A stretch of 60,872 nt of DNA, counting the filler. It is 8 parts of 8 records of this genome, joined end to end, with 100 filler letters (N's around TTAATTAATTAA, not from the genome) between each part and the next. Parts side by side here need not be neighbours in the genome. Positions count along the whole stretch, not along the records: positions 42,734 to 54,648 come from SRR31156797_38849; positions 54,749 to 60,872 come from SRR31156797_38882; 6 more parts are not named here. One strand, 5' to 3'. Made by a program: the position numbers and the translations under genes. The notes below the pieces were generated by a model. The model was not told the origin of the DNA, did no database searches, and worked only from the letters and a program-made list of their open reading frames with translations. This document shows, piece by piece, positions 49,868 through 58,795 of this stretch (positions are counted from its first letter, which is position 1; each line of letters begins with the position of its first letter).

Positions 49868-50896
49868 ATGGAACAGCTGGAAAAGGTACTGAAGATTCTC
49901 AAAAGCAGACACAACGAACTGCGACGTCATTTTGATCCCGAAGGCACGGACTGCTACAGGATCTTCAACAGGGATTTCGGCAACCTGCCCCTGCTGATCG
50001 ACCGTTACGGCGGCTGGATCCATATGACCATTCTGGAGAATCAGGAGGGTATGGACCTGAGCGAAGAGGAAGTGAAGAAAATCGCCGACGCCCTCTACTG
50101 CCCCATGCATAAGATCGTGGTCAAACGACGGCAGATCCTCAGCGACCACGAGCAGTACGGGGCCCTGGGGGAGGAGCAGTCTACCCTGACTGTCAGGGAA
50201 AACGACCTGGTCTTCGAAGTGAACCTGAAGGACCGCATCGATACGGGCCTCTTCCTTGACCACAGGCCCACGAGGGAGATGGTCAGGGCCGACAGCTTCG
50301 GCCGCTCTGTGCTCAACCTCTTCTGCTATACCGGCTCTTTTTCACTCTACGCCGCCTCGGGCGGGGCCTCCCGCATCACGTCGGTGGACCTCTCAGCCAC
50401 CGCCCTGGAGCAGGCCAAACGGAATTTCAGGCACAACGACTTTCTGCCGGGGGCCTTCGAGTTCGTCCAGGCCGACGTCTTCGCTTTTCTGGAAGAGTCC
50501 GCCGGGAAGGGAGAAAAATGGGATCTGATCATACTGGATCCGCCCACCTTCTCCAACAGCCGGAAGATGGACCGGACCCTGAAGATCCAGAAGGATTACG
50601 TCGAGCTGATCCTGTCCTGCTTCAAGGTTCTGAAGGGGGACGGCACCCTCTACTTCTCCAACAACCAGTCGGATTTCCGCTTCGACAAGAAGGAGTTCCC
50701 CTCGGGAATCAAGATCAGCGAGATAACCCCCCAGACCACGGGAGAGGACTTCAAGGGACGCCCCGCTCACCGCTGCTGGGAACTGACGGGCCTCCTTCAG
50801 GGACGAACGGGAAAAGAGGGCCATTCCAGAAGGTCGATATCCAGGTCCCGGAAGTATCGGCCCGACCGGGGCGGCGCCTCCAGATCCAGACGCTGA
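49868..50896 (+). CDS. 23S rRNA SAM-dependent methyltransferase (stand-alone RlmK/RlmI-like)
   Basis: CYRIFNRD, DTGLFLDHR, VLNLFCYTGSFS, DPPTFSNSRKM, HRCW; SD GGAGG. Confidence 0.88.
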   Translation: MEQLEKVLKILKSRHNELRRHFDPEGTDCYRIFNRDFGNLPLLIDRYGGWIHMTILENQEGMDLSEEEVKKIADALYCPMHKIVVKRRQILSDHEQYGALGEEQSTLTVRENDLVFEVNLKDRIDTGLFLDHRPTREMVRADSFGRSVLNLFCYTGSFSLYAASGGASRITSVDLSATALEQAKRNFRHNDFLPGAFEFVQADVFAFLEESAGKGEKWDLIILDPPTFSNSRKMDRTLKIQKDYVELILSCFKVLKGDGTLYFSNNQSDFRFDKKEFPSGIKISEITPQTTGEDFKGRPAHRCWELTGLLQGRTGKEGHSRRSISRSRKYRPDRGGASRSRR

Positions 50897-51456
50897 CCCT
50901 TCCACTCGAAGCCCAGTCTCCAGGCATGAAGATAACAGCGGTCCGCCTCCGGGCCTGACGCGTTGTACAGGGGATCCCCCAGTACGGGTGAGCCCAGGCT
51001 CTTGAGGGCCACCCGTATCTGATGGGTTTTTCCCGTATAGATTCTGATGGTAAAAAGCCGGGCGCCCGGAATGGCCCGGCTGAAGAAATAGCTGCGCGCC
51101 GGATTCGATCGCGTCCGGCTGAGCTTCCACTGCCCCCGCCTGGAGCGCTCCATATCTCCGATCACCCAGCCCCGCTTCCTGTTCGGCTTCCTGTCCGATA
51201 CGGCCAGATAGACCTTCTCCACACCCCCGCCGGCGATCAGGCGGCTCAGCTCCGCTGCGGCCTCGCGGCTCCGGGCGACGAGGATCAGACCGGAGGTGGC
51301 CTTGTCCAGCCTGTGCACGGGATACAGGGTCTCCCCGGGGCGCTGGGCCTTCAGGAGGCTGAAAAACCCGGGGCCCTTTCCTGAGTTATGGAAATCCTGC
51401 CCCCCCTCTTTCAGGCAGACGAGAAAATCCGCCTCCTCTCTCAATACGGTGATCAT
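50797..51456 (-). CDS. RluA-family pseudouridine synthase
   Basis: VHRLDKATSG, KVYLA, TGKTHQIRV, GDPLY, LHA. Confidence 0.92.
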   Translation of the reverse strand: MITVLREEADFLVCLKEGGQDFHNSGKGPGFFSLLKAQRPGETLYPVHRLDKATSGLILVARSREAAAELSRLIAGGGVEKVYLAVSDRKPNRKRGWVIGDMERSRRGQWKLSRTRSNPARSYFFSRAIPGARLFTIRIYTGKTHQIRVALKSLGSPVLGDPLYNASGPEADRCYLHAWRLGFEWKGQRLDLEAPPRSGRYFRDLDIDLLEWPSFPVRP

Positions 51457-51549
51457 TTTCCCAGTATAGCCTCCGCCCCTGCAGAATTAACAGAGAATTT
51501 CTGGAAAGCTGAAGAAAAGAGTGCGAGAATTCACCTTAGGAGGACAGCC

Positions 51550-51948
51550 ATGGAAAAGAGTTTTAATGAACTGACAGGTAAGACAATCACCCTCCAGAAA
51601 GAGGTAAAACCCAAGGACAGCTACGACGGACTCCTGTCGACCGCAGCCCTGACCAAGCTGATGCTGGACACCGCCTGGGCCCTGCTGGACAAAGAGCTCC
51701 ACAGCGGCGTAACCAGCGTCTGCAGCATGATACAGGTCAACCACGAAGAGCCCACGGTTGCGGGCGAAGCGGTAACCGTGGAAGCGGTGGTGAAAAAGGT
51801 GGAGGAGAACAAGATCTTCATCGCCCTGAAAGCCGTGGACGAAACGGGAATCATCGCCCATGGTCTCAGCGAGCGCCTGATCGTTGACAATGTCTCGCTC
51901 AAGAATCTGGCGCAGCAGCGTTCCGCTCTTCTGAAAACGATTCTCTGA
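51550..51948 (+). CDS. FlK-like hotdog thioesterase family protein
   Basis: LLSTAAL..LM, TSV, VNH..PT..G..V.V.A; SD AGGAGG before the ATG at 51550. Confidence 0.75.
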   Translation: MEKSFNELTGKTITLQKEVKPKDSYDGLLSTAALTKLMLDTAWALLDKELHSGVTSVCSMIQVNHEEPTVAGEAVTVEAVVKKVEENKIFIALKAVDETGIIAHGLSERLIVDNVSLKNLAQQRSALLKTIL

Positions 51949-52024
51949 TCCCGAAACGGGGTCTCCCCTGACCTATGCCCCCTCTCCAGTTCACAAGGAA
52001 GGGGGATTCAGTTAGTATGGTTCT

Positions 52025-52474
52025 ATGGAAAAAGTTCTTATACTCTACGGCAGCAAGCAGGGAAAGACAGCGTCTATGGCGGGCATTATATCAGACGTCC
52101 TGAAAGAACGGGGGTTTCCCGTCGTTCTGAAGAATGTGTTCGAGAGCCGGCCGGAGGAACTGAGTGACTATAAGTTCATCATCCTCGGGAGTTCCACATG
52201 GAGCGACGGCGACCTGCAGTCCGACTTCATCGACTTCGAGCGCGGTATGGACGAGATAGACCTGAAGGGCCGTTTCGGCGCCGTCTTCGGTTCCGGCAGC
52301 AGCCGCTTCCGTTTCTTCTGCGAGGCCGTCCGCATCCTGGAGGCCAAACTCCGGAGCCAGGGAAGCCGGATCCTGCTTCCCTCCCTGATGGTCAACGACC
52401 TGGAGGGCCGCCTGGAAGAGGAAAGCCGCGAGTGGGCCCTGGTCCTGGCGGACGAGATAGAACAGACAGCCTGA
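52025..52474 (+). CDS. Flavodoxin (short chain)
   Basis: YGSKQGKT, GSSTWSDGDLQ, VFGSG....FCEAV. Confidence 0.88.
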   Translation: MEKVLILYGSKQGKTASMAGIISDVLKERGFPVVLKNVFESRPEELSDYKFIILGSSTWSDGDLQSDFIDFERGMDEIDLKGRFGAVFGSGSSRFRFFCEAVRILEAKLRSQGSRILLPSLMVNDLEGRLEEESREWALVLADEIEQTA

Positions 52475-52496
52475 TAAAAAGACAAAGGAAGAGAAG

Positions 52497-52724
52497 ATGG
52501 GAAGATCCCTGGATATTGATAAAACCGAATTGATAGAGATCCACGGCGGAGACCTGATCCTGACCGTGACGAAAGACGAGAACGAAAGGATGTTGGTTCA
52601 TGTGGAGTCGGAAGAAGGGGGAGGGACCATCCATATCACCCAGCACGAAGAGGATGGAAAAACCATCGTCTTCGCCCTGGACCGCCCCGCTCCCCGGAAA
52701 CCCGGTCTCAGACTGGTAAAATAG
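52497..52724 (+). CDS. Hypothetical protein
   Basis: 75-aa ORF co-oriented after flavodoxin with GC3-rich codons. Confidence 0.6.
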   Translation: MGRSLDIDKTELIEIHGGDLILTVTKDENERMLVHVESEEGGGTIHITQHEEDGKTIVFALDRPAPRKPGLRLVK

Positions 52725-52747
52725 AGACGGTTCAGCCCGTCGCCGGG

Positions 52748-53437
52748 CTATTTGGAGAAGTTCAGACTGCCCAGCTTGGTGGCTGAAGGCTTGTCCTCGC
52801 TGCCCCCGTGGGTCACCCGTCCGGCCAGAAGGGCCAGCCTGGCTCCCAGATCCTCATTGATGACCGTAAGCTCTTCGGGAACGTCCAAGAAGAGGGAGGA
52901 GAAATTCCATATCCCCATGATCCCCGCCTCCGCGAGTTCGTCGGCGATGGGCTGGGCCTCCTTCTCGGGAACCGTCAGAATGGCGATCTTTATCCCGAGA
53001 CGTCCGATAAGGTCCTTCAGCTTCTTCATGGGATAGATCCTGAGCCCGGCCACCTCCGTTCCGATCAGATGGGGCGCCACATCGAAGGCGGCGACGATCT
53101 TGAAGCCGTGCCGGGTCAGGCGCCGGTCGGCCAGCAGGGCCTTTCCCAGATTCCCCACGCCCACAAGGAGCACGTCCGATATGTTCCCCTCTCCCAGATA
53201 GAAGGAGATGGCGTCTGTCAGTTCTCCGATCAGGAATCCCTTCTTGGGCTTTCCCACAACGCCGGTACAGCTGAGATCCTTTCTTACCTGAATGGATTTC
53301 AGACTCAGTTTTCCGGCTATATAGCTTGCCGAGATCCACTCTTCTCCCCGCTCGCTGCACTCCTTCAGGAGGGCGAGATAGACGGGGTAGCGCTTGAGAG
53401 TCGGCAGGGGTATATTCACATACGAATTCAATTCCAT
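52748..53437 (-). CDS. rex: Redox-sensing transcriptional repressor Rex
   Basis: IP.PTLKRYP.Y, QVRKDLS..G..G...GF, VGVGNLG.AL, AILTVP, GIWNF. Confidence 0.93.
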   Translation of the reverse strand: MELNSYVNIPLPTLKRYPVYLALLKECSERGEEWISASYIAGKLSLKSIQVRKDLSCTGVVGKPKKGFLIGELTDAISFYLGEGNISDVLLVGVGNLGKALLADRRLTRHGFKIVAAFDVAPHLIGTEVAGLRIYPMKKLKDLIGRLGIKIAILTVPEKEAQPIADELAEAGIMGIWNFSSLFLDVPEELTVINEDLGARLALLAGRVTHGGSEDKPSATKLGSLNFSK

Positions 53438-53443
53438 AGCCCT

Positions 53444-53472
53444 ATTATAAGCCCACATCCGGAGGTTGCCAA
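53444..53472 (-). promoter_or_regulatory. Sigma-70 promoter of rex (leaderless)
   Basis: TTGGCA-17 nt-TATAAT, 6 nt before the ATG, no SD. Confidence 0.7.
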
Positions 53473-53542
53473 TTCACTTTGGGGCTTTTCTATATTTTTT
53501 TATCTTTTTAATTGTATCCCCTTTTATGCTACAATCCTCACC

Positions 53543-54340
53543 ATGTTCTGGAAAGAAAAAGTCTGCTGGATTACGGGAGCCTCTTCGGGCATAGGAGAGG
53601 CTCTGGCAAAGACCTTATACGGGAAGGGGGCCAGGGTCATCCTCAGCGCGCGGTCGTCCGCCAGGCTGGAGGGCCTCTGCGCCGGCTGGGATGATCCCGA
53701 GCGCTATATGGTGCTCCCCCTGGATATGGGCGACCATCCGTCTCTGGAGGAGGCCGCCGCCAAAGCCAACGCCCGCTGGGGACGCATCGACGCGCTGATC
53801 AACAACGCGGGGGTCAGCCAGAGAAGCCTTGCGGCGGAAACGGACTTCAGCGTTATGAAGGCCATAATGGATGTGAACTACCTGGGATCGGCCGGTCTGA
53901 CGAGGGCGGTACTCCCCTTTATGATAGAGCAGAGAAGCGGGATCATCGCTCCGGTAAGCTCGGTGGCGGGGAAGTTCTCCACGCCCCTGCGCAGCTCCTA
54001 CAGCGCCTCCAAGATGGCCCTCCAGGGCTTCTACGACGGCCTGAGGGCGGAGCTGTACTTTCACGGCGTCCATGTCAACTTCATCGTCCCCGGCTTTGTC
54101 AAAACGTCGATCTCATTGAACGCCATGAACGGATCGGGGGGGAAGCACGGAGAGATGGATCCCAACCAGGCCGCGGGGATAAGCTCCGAGAAGGCCGCGC
54201 AGATCATCGTCCGCAATCTGGAGAAAAACAAGCGGGAGATCTATCTGGGAATCGCCCCCAAGGTACGGCTGGCTCTGTTCCTGAGCAAGGCCCTTCCGGG
54301 CGTCCTCGCCAGGATGCTCCGCAGCGCCGACGTGAAATAG
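53543..54340 (+). CDS. SDR-family oxidoreductase
   Basis: TGASSGIG, NNAG, SS, YSASK; real start 53543 (the ORF-track extension to 52808 is antisense to rex). Confidence 0.93.
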   Translation: MFWKEKVCWITGASSGIGEALAKTLYGKGARVILSARSSARLEGLCAGWDDPERYMVLPLDMGDHPSLEEAAAKANARWGRIDALINNAGVSQRSLAAETDFSVMKAIMDVNYLGSAGLTRAVLPFMIEQRSGIIAPVSSVAGKFSTPLRSSYSASKMALQGFYDGLRAELYFHGVHVNFIVPGFVKTSISLNAMNGSGGKHGEMDPNQAAGISSEKAAQIIVRNLEKNKREIYLGIAPKVRLALFLSKALPGVLARMLRSADVK

Positions 54341-54376
54341 CGCTTCGGGATCCTTCGGGTTCGGCTGCCCTGGGAT

Positions 54377-54646
54377 TCAGGATTCCCGGTTCGCTCCGTC
54401 TTCAAACTCCATAAGGAAGAGGTAGAGCTCGGCGGCCAGAGTGTAGAGCTCTTCGGGGATCTCGCGCCCCGGAGTCAGCTCCTCCAGGGCCGCGCTGAGC
54501 AGAGGATCCTCCCTGACGGGCAGGCCGGACTCTTCGGCCAGGGCCAGGATCCTCTCCGCCATCGCCCCCTTTCCGGCGGCGATCAGGCGGGGAGCCTCAT
54601 CCCTTTCCCGGTCCCACTTCAGGGCGGCCGCTTTTTTTATCCCCAC
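54377..54646 (-). CDS. Small FlhB C-terminal-like protein (EscU/YscU/HrcU family)
   Basis: AAALKW....APRLIAAGKG..AERI..A...G.P..EDP.L...EIPEELY..AE; start lies at the contig edge. Confidence 0.88.
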   Translation of the reverse strand: MGIKKAAALKWDRERDEAPRLIAAGKGAMAERILALAEESGLPVREDPLLSAALEELTPGREIPEELYTLAAELYLFLMEFEDGANRES

Positions 54647-54648
54647 AG

Positions 54649-54748
54649 NNNNNNNNNNNNNNNNNNNNNNNNNNNNNNNNNNNNNNNNNNNNTTAATTAA
54701 TTAANNNNNNNNNNNNNNNNNNNNNNNNNNNNNNNNNNNNNNNNNNNN
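54649..54748. other. Artificial contig linker
   Basis: 44 N + TTAATTAATTAA + 44 N. Confidence 0.99.
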
Positions 54749-54774
54749 AAATCGCTTGAAAGTGCGGAGGAATA

Positions 54775-54957
54775 ATGGCTAACCCAAAACGAAGACTGTC
54801 ACATACACGTGGTGCAAAACGCAGAACACATTACAAGTTCAAAGCATCAACAGTCTCAACTTGCGAACATTGCGGACAACCGAAAATGCCACATCACGTA
54901 TGTCAGCATTGCGGTTATTATAAAGGTCGCCCGGTTATTACACCTAAAGAGAATTAA
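54775..54957 (+). CDS. rpmF: 50S ribosomal protein L32
   Basis: MANPKRR.S.TR..KRR.H, CEHCG...PHHVCQHCGYYKG; SD GGAGG. Confidence 0.96.
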   Translation: MANPKRRLSHTRGAKRRTHYKFKASTVSTCEHCGQPKMPHHVCQHCGYYKGRPVITPKEN

Positions 54958-54965
54958 TAATATTC

Positions 54966-55013
54966 GCAGGTAGACTATAAGAACGAGTGATTTCGTTCTT
55001 ATATTTTATCTGC
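54966..55013 (+). promoter_or_regulatory. 22-bp RNA hairpin in the rnc leader (candidate RNase III autoregulatory site)
   Basis: GCAGGTAGACTATAAGAACGAG-TGAT-TTCGTTCTTATATTTTATCTGC pairs at 21 of 22 positions counting G-U. Confidence 0.65.
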
Positions 55014-55024
55014 CGTATTTTATT

Positions 55025-55780
55025 ATGGCAACTATCCTTAATAAAATAAAATCAATCTACTTTTCCTTCTTTCCTAGTAAGCCTCATAAGCTCGCTAAGA
55101 AGGTTTATGGCGTTCATCCATATTCTTTTGATGACGAAGACCTTCTTAAACAAGCATTTACCCATACTTCTGCCATAGATTATGAAACTCAGACCAAGGT
55201 AGACTCTTATGAGAGACTGGAATTCCTGGGTGATGCTGTAATTGAAATGATCGTTACAAGTTTTCTATTTGAACAATTCACAGATGCCAAAGAAGGTGAG
55301 CTGACCCAGATGAGAGCAAAACTTGTAAACCGCACCACTTTAGCTTCAATTGCAAGAGGGTTGCATTTTGGACAATTTCTTTTACTGGGCAAAAGCGGTG
55401 AAAATGACAATCTCAGAAACTCATCTTCAATCCTTTGTGATATATACGAATCTTTTATTGGCGCTTTATACCTTGATGGCGGTTTCAAGGCCGCATATGA
55501 CTTTACATATCAAACCTTGTTGTCTAAACACAAGCGATTATTACCGGCTGCTGAGATTCAGAATTACAAAGGTAAATTGCTTGAATATTGTCAACAGAAC
55601 AGCATGGACATGCCAAAATTCGTAACTACCCACGAAGAAGGTCCTGCTCATGGAAAATATTTCGAAATATCTGTAATGGTTGGAAGTGAATGGCTGGGGA
55701 CCGGTTCAGGCACTACAAAAAAAGCTGCCTCGCAAAGGGCAGCCCGTCAAGCATTAACAACTTTAACAGAATCTGATTAG
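55025..55780 (+). CDS. rnc: Ribonuclease III
   Basis: AFTHTS, YERLEFLGDAV, D.YESFIGALYLD, dsRBD GPAH...G.G.TKK.A.Q.AA. Confidence 0.96.
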   Translation: MATILNKIKSIYFSFFPSKPHKLAKKVYGVHPYSFDDEDLLKQAFTHTSAIDYETQTKVDSYERLEFLGDAVIEMIVTSFLFEQFTDAKEGELTQMRAKLVNRTTLASIARGLHFGQFLLLGKSGENDNLRNSSSILCDIYESFIGALYLDGGFKAAYDFTYQTLLSKHKRLLPAAEIQNYKGKLLEYCQQNSMDMPKFVTTHEEGPAHGKYFEISVMVGSEWLGTGSGTTKKAASQRAARQALTTLTESD

Positions 55781-57531
55781 AAACAATCTTTTAAACTATC
55801 CAGATGATCAATGATATCTTGTCTTGTTGACATGCCAAGTATCTTATCTAAATGTTTTTGTGCTTTTTTTTGATCGCAAGCATTGATCCTGTCTCTTACC
55901 TCGCCAATATAACTAGGTGCAACACTTAGTCCATCTACTTTCATAGCTGTAAAGAGAATTAAAGCTCTGTTCTCGGACGCCATTTCCCCACAGACATAAA
56001 CCGGTATTTCTGCACGGTGCCCGGATTCAACGACTTTAAGTATCATCTTAATAATGGCAGGATCATAATGATTATAAACATCAGAAACTTTTTCATTACC
56101 TCGGTCTACTGCAAGGCCATATTGGGTAAGATCATTTGTCCCGATTGAGAAGAAATCAACTTTTCCGGCATAAGAATCAATATTCATGACCACAGAAGGT
56201 GTTTCGACCATCATACCGACCTTGATCTTCTTATCATAGGGTATTTGTTCTTTGTCTAATTGATTTTTTACTTTCTCAATATATTTGAGGCTTTCCGTCA
56301 ACTGTTCAAGATGAGTGATCATCGGTATAAGGATCGAGGCTTTACCATATGCCGAACTTCTTAAGATCGCTCTTAATTGTGTAATGAAAACAGAAGGATT
56401 TTCCAGGCATATTCTGATCGCTCTAAAGCCCATGAAAGGATTGGATTCATGTCTGATGTCTTTATCCCATAGAGCGGACATCTTGTCACCTCCGAGGTCT
56501 ATGGTCCTAATTACGACCTCTTTACCTTCCATCGCTTCTGTTACTTGTTTATATTCGTTAAATAATTCCTCTTCCTCGGGAAGATGTTGTTTCATCAGAT
56601 ACAAATACTCGGTGCGATAAAGTCCAATACCTCCCCCACCGTATTTTTTAACATCTTCAACTTCTACCGGCAAACTGATATTTGCACCCAGTTTAAAAGA
56701 GTAACCGTCTTTTGTTTCAGCTTTTTTATTATAGGATGCAATGAACTCTTTTTCACGCTTATCGATCTTTATGATCTCGCGATCATATTCATCAATCAAT
56801 TCCTGACTGGGCTGAACGTATACTTTCCCCTTGTCGGCATCAAGGATACAGGTTTGCCCATTCTCTATCACCTTGGTCGCCTCTTTAGCAGCAGTAACCA
56901 TCGGAACTTTCATCGCTCTGGCTAAAATAGCAACATGAGAGGTTAAACCCCCGAATTCCGTAATGAATCCTATGACATTTTCTGAAACCAACATCATAAT
57001 ATCGCTTGGATTCAGATCCTTGGATACGTATATCGTAGGTTTATCTATACCGAATGAGGATAAAACTGTTCGATTTGATATAATAGCTCTTAGAACACGT
57101 TGCTTGATATCACGGATATCGGAAACTCGCTCTTTGAAATACTCTGAATCGTTATCTTCTAAAAGTTCTACATATTGATTAACGACCACTTTATACGCGA
57201 ATGCAACATTGACATGATGTTCTTCTATATAAGCCCGGACTTGTTGTTTGATCTCTACATCTTTTAATATTGCCAGCTGTGCTGAAATAATATCGCTGTA
57301 AGCTGTGCCCAGTTTATCTTCGATCTTGGTTTTTACAAGTTCGAGTTCTTCAGCGACCATTGCCTGAGCCTTTGCCAGCCGTTTCATTTCTTTAGGGATA
57401 TGATCCAAAGGGATCAGTGTTCTTGGAATGATCGTTTTTTGATCAAGCTTTCGAACATAGGCTGTTCCGATCACAATACCATTCGAGGCGGATACACCGT
57501 TCAATTGGTTTATTTCATCGTGCTTAGGCAT
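55777..57531 (-). CDS. ptsI: PTS enzyme I (PEP-protein phosphotransferase)
   Basis: GGLTSHVAILAR, GIGLYRTE, RTIDLGGDK, MVETP, SIGTNDLTQY, CGEMA. Confidence 0.95.
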   Translation of the reverse strand: MPKHDEINQLNGVSASNGIVIGTAYVRKLDQKTIIPRTLIPLDHIPKEMKRLAKAQAMVAEELELVKTKIEDKLGTAYSDIISAQLAILKDVEIKQQVRAYIEEHHVNVAFAYKVVVNQYVELLEDNDSEYFKERVSDIRDIKQRVLRAIISNRTVLSSFGIDKPTIYVSKDLNPSDIMMLVSENVIGFITEFGGLTSHVAILARAMKVPMVTAAKEATKVIENGQTCILDADKGKVYVQPSQELIDEYDREIIKIDKREKEFIASYNKKAETKDGYSFKLGANISLPVEVEDVKKYGGGGIGLYRTEYLYLMKQHLPEEEELFNEYKQVTEAMEGKEVVIRTIDLGGDKMSALWDKDIRHESNPFMGFRAIRICLENPSVFITQLRAILRSSAYGKASILIPMITHLEQLTESLKYIEKVKNQLDKEQIPYDKKIKVGMMVETPSVVMNIDSYAGKVDFFSIGTNDLTQYGLAVDRGNEKVSDVYNHYDPAIIKMILKVVESGHRAEIPVYVCGEMASENRALILFTAMKVDGLSVAPSYIGEVRDRINACDQKKAQKHLDKILGMSTRQDIIDHLDSLKDCF

Positions 57532-57535
57532 TTTA

Positions 57536-57811
57536 CTAACTGTTTTCACCCATTCCAAAATGGTCGGCCACTAAATCCACAAGGGCAGTAACCGCTTCAT
57601 TTTCGTCAGGACCGGTAGCTTCAATTTTTAAAGTTGAACCACTCTCGGCCGCAAGTACCAGCAAACCAAGAATTGATTTCCCATTTACTTTTTTTTCATC
57701 TTTACAAATGAATATCTCGGATTTGAACTTAGCTGCCGTATTTACCATAGCCGTTGCCGGCCTGGCATGAAGTCCCTGTTTGTTTAGAATAATCGCTTCT
57801 TTGGATACCAT
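57536..57811 (-). CDS. ptsH: Phosphocarrier protein HPr
   Basis: GLHARPA (His15), NGKSILGLL (Ser46). Confidence 0.95.
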   Translation of the reverse strand: MVSKEAIILNKQGLHARPATAMVNTAAKFKSEIFICKDEKKVNGKSILGLLVLAAESGSTLKIEATGPDENEAVTALVDLVADHFGMGENS

Positions 57812-58794
57812 TATTTTTCCCTGTTCATGACAAAATCCACCATAGAGCTGAACATATCCCGTTTTCCATATGGAAGCTTCTTTATCATATCATTAATTGT
57901 AACATGACGTAATGTAATAACTTCCTTAATTCTATCAAATATAAAATTATTCGCCAGTATTTCCCTGGCCGGCATAACACCATGTTCACTTATATACTCT
58001 TCAGTTGTTTTTGAAATAAAATCATTCCAATATTCTTTATTAAGCTCTTGTTTTGCAAAGAGATATGGATATGTTTTCTTCCTCTTGACAAGATCAGAAC
58101 CCAAAGTTTTTCCCATATTTTCCGAATCAGACGTCAATTCTAGAAGATCATCTTGAATTTGAAATACGATACCGAGTTCCCTGATGATCTTTTCGATCAA
58201 AACTTCCTCATCTGGGTCTGCACCTGCAATTACAGCCCCTACCCTGGCAGAAACACTCAATAGATAAGCTGTTTTCTTTTCGACCATGTCAAGATATTCC
58301 GGAAGTGAAACATCCGATCTTGATTCAAATTCCATATCCTGTGCCTGTCCTTCACATACGGTCACAACCGAATCAAGGATCAAAGGCATAATCTTGATAT
58401 AGAGATCCGGATCATCCTTATAATGATCCAATTGTTTCAGAGCTAAAGCAAACAGGCCGTCACCGGAGAGGATAGCTTCATTCACGCCCCATTTAGCGTG
58501 TACTGTCTTTTCACCATGACGCAAAAGGTCATTGTCCATAATATCATCATGAACAAGCGTGAAATTATGGATCATTTCAATACAGCAAGCTGCGGGCAAT
58601 ACCTTTTCCAGTGAAATATCACTATTGGACATCGCACTTGCAGCTAAAAACGCCGGTCTTATCTGTTTCCCCGGGTGTTGTAATACATAATTAACCGGAT
58701 CATAGAGTGAAGAAGGTGAAATGCTTGTTACACACTTTCCATATGCCTTGCTGAAAGCAGGGATGAACTCTTTGTAAAATGAAATAAATTTCAA
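57811..58794 (-). CDS. Short-chain polyprenyl (probably geranylgeranyl) diphosphate synthase
   Basis: GKQIRP, FARM FTLVHDDIMD, GQAQD, KKTA, SARM FQIQDDLLE; TTG start. Confidence 0.9.
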   Translation of the reverse strand: MKFISFYKEFIPAFSKAYGKCVTSISPSSLYDPVNYVLQHPGKQIRPAFLAASAMSNSDISLEKVLPAACCIEMIHNFTLVHDDIMDNDLLRHGEKTVHAKWGVNEAILSGDGLFALALKQLDHYKDDPDLYIKIMPLILDSVVTVCEGQAQDMEFESRSDVSLPEYLDMVEKKTAYLLSVSARVGAVIAGADPDEEVLIEKIIRELGIVFQIQDDLLELTSDSENMGKTLGSDLVKRKKTYPYLFAKQELNKEYWNDFISKTTEEYISEHGVMPAREILANNFIFDRIKEVITLRHVTINDMIKKLPYGKRDMFSSMVDFVMNREK

Positions 58795-58795
58795 T

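Noticed and set aside
52808-53542. N-terminal extension making the SDR 510 aa
   Set aside because: Antisense to rex; the SDR has its own extended -10 and ATG at 53543
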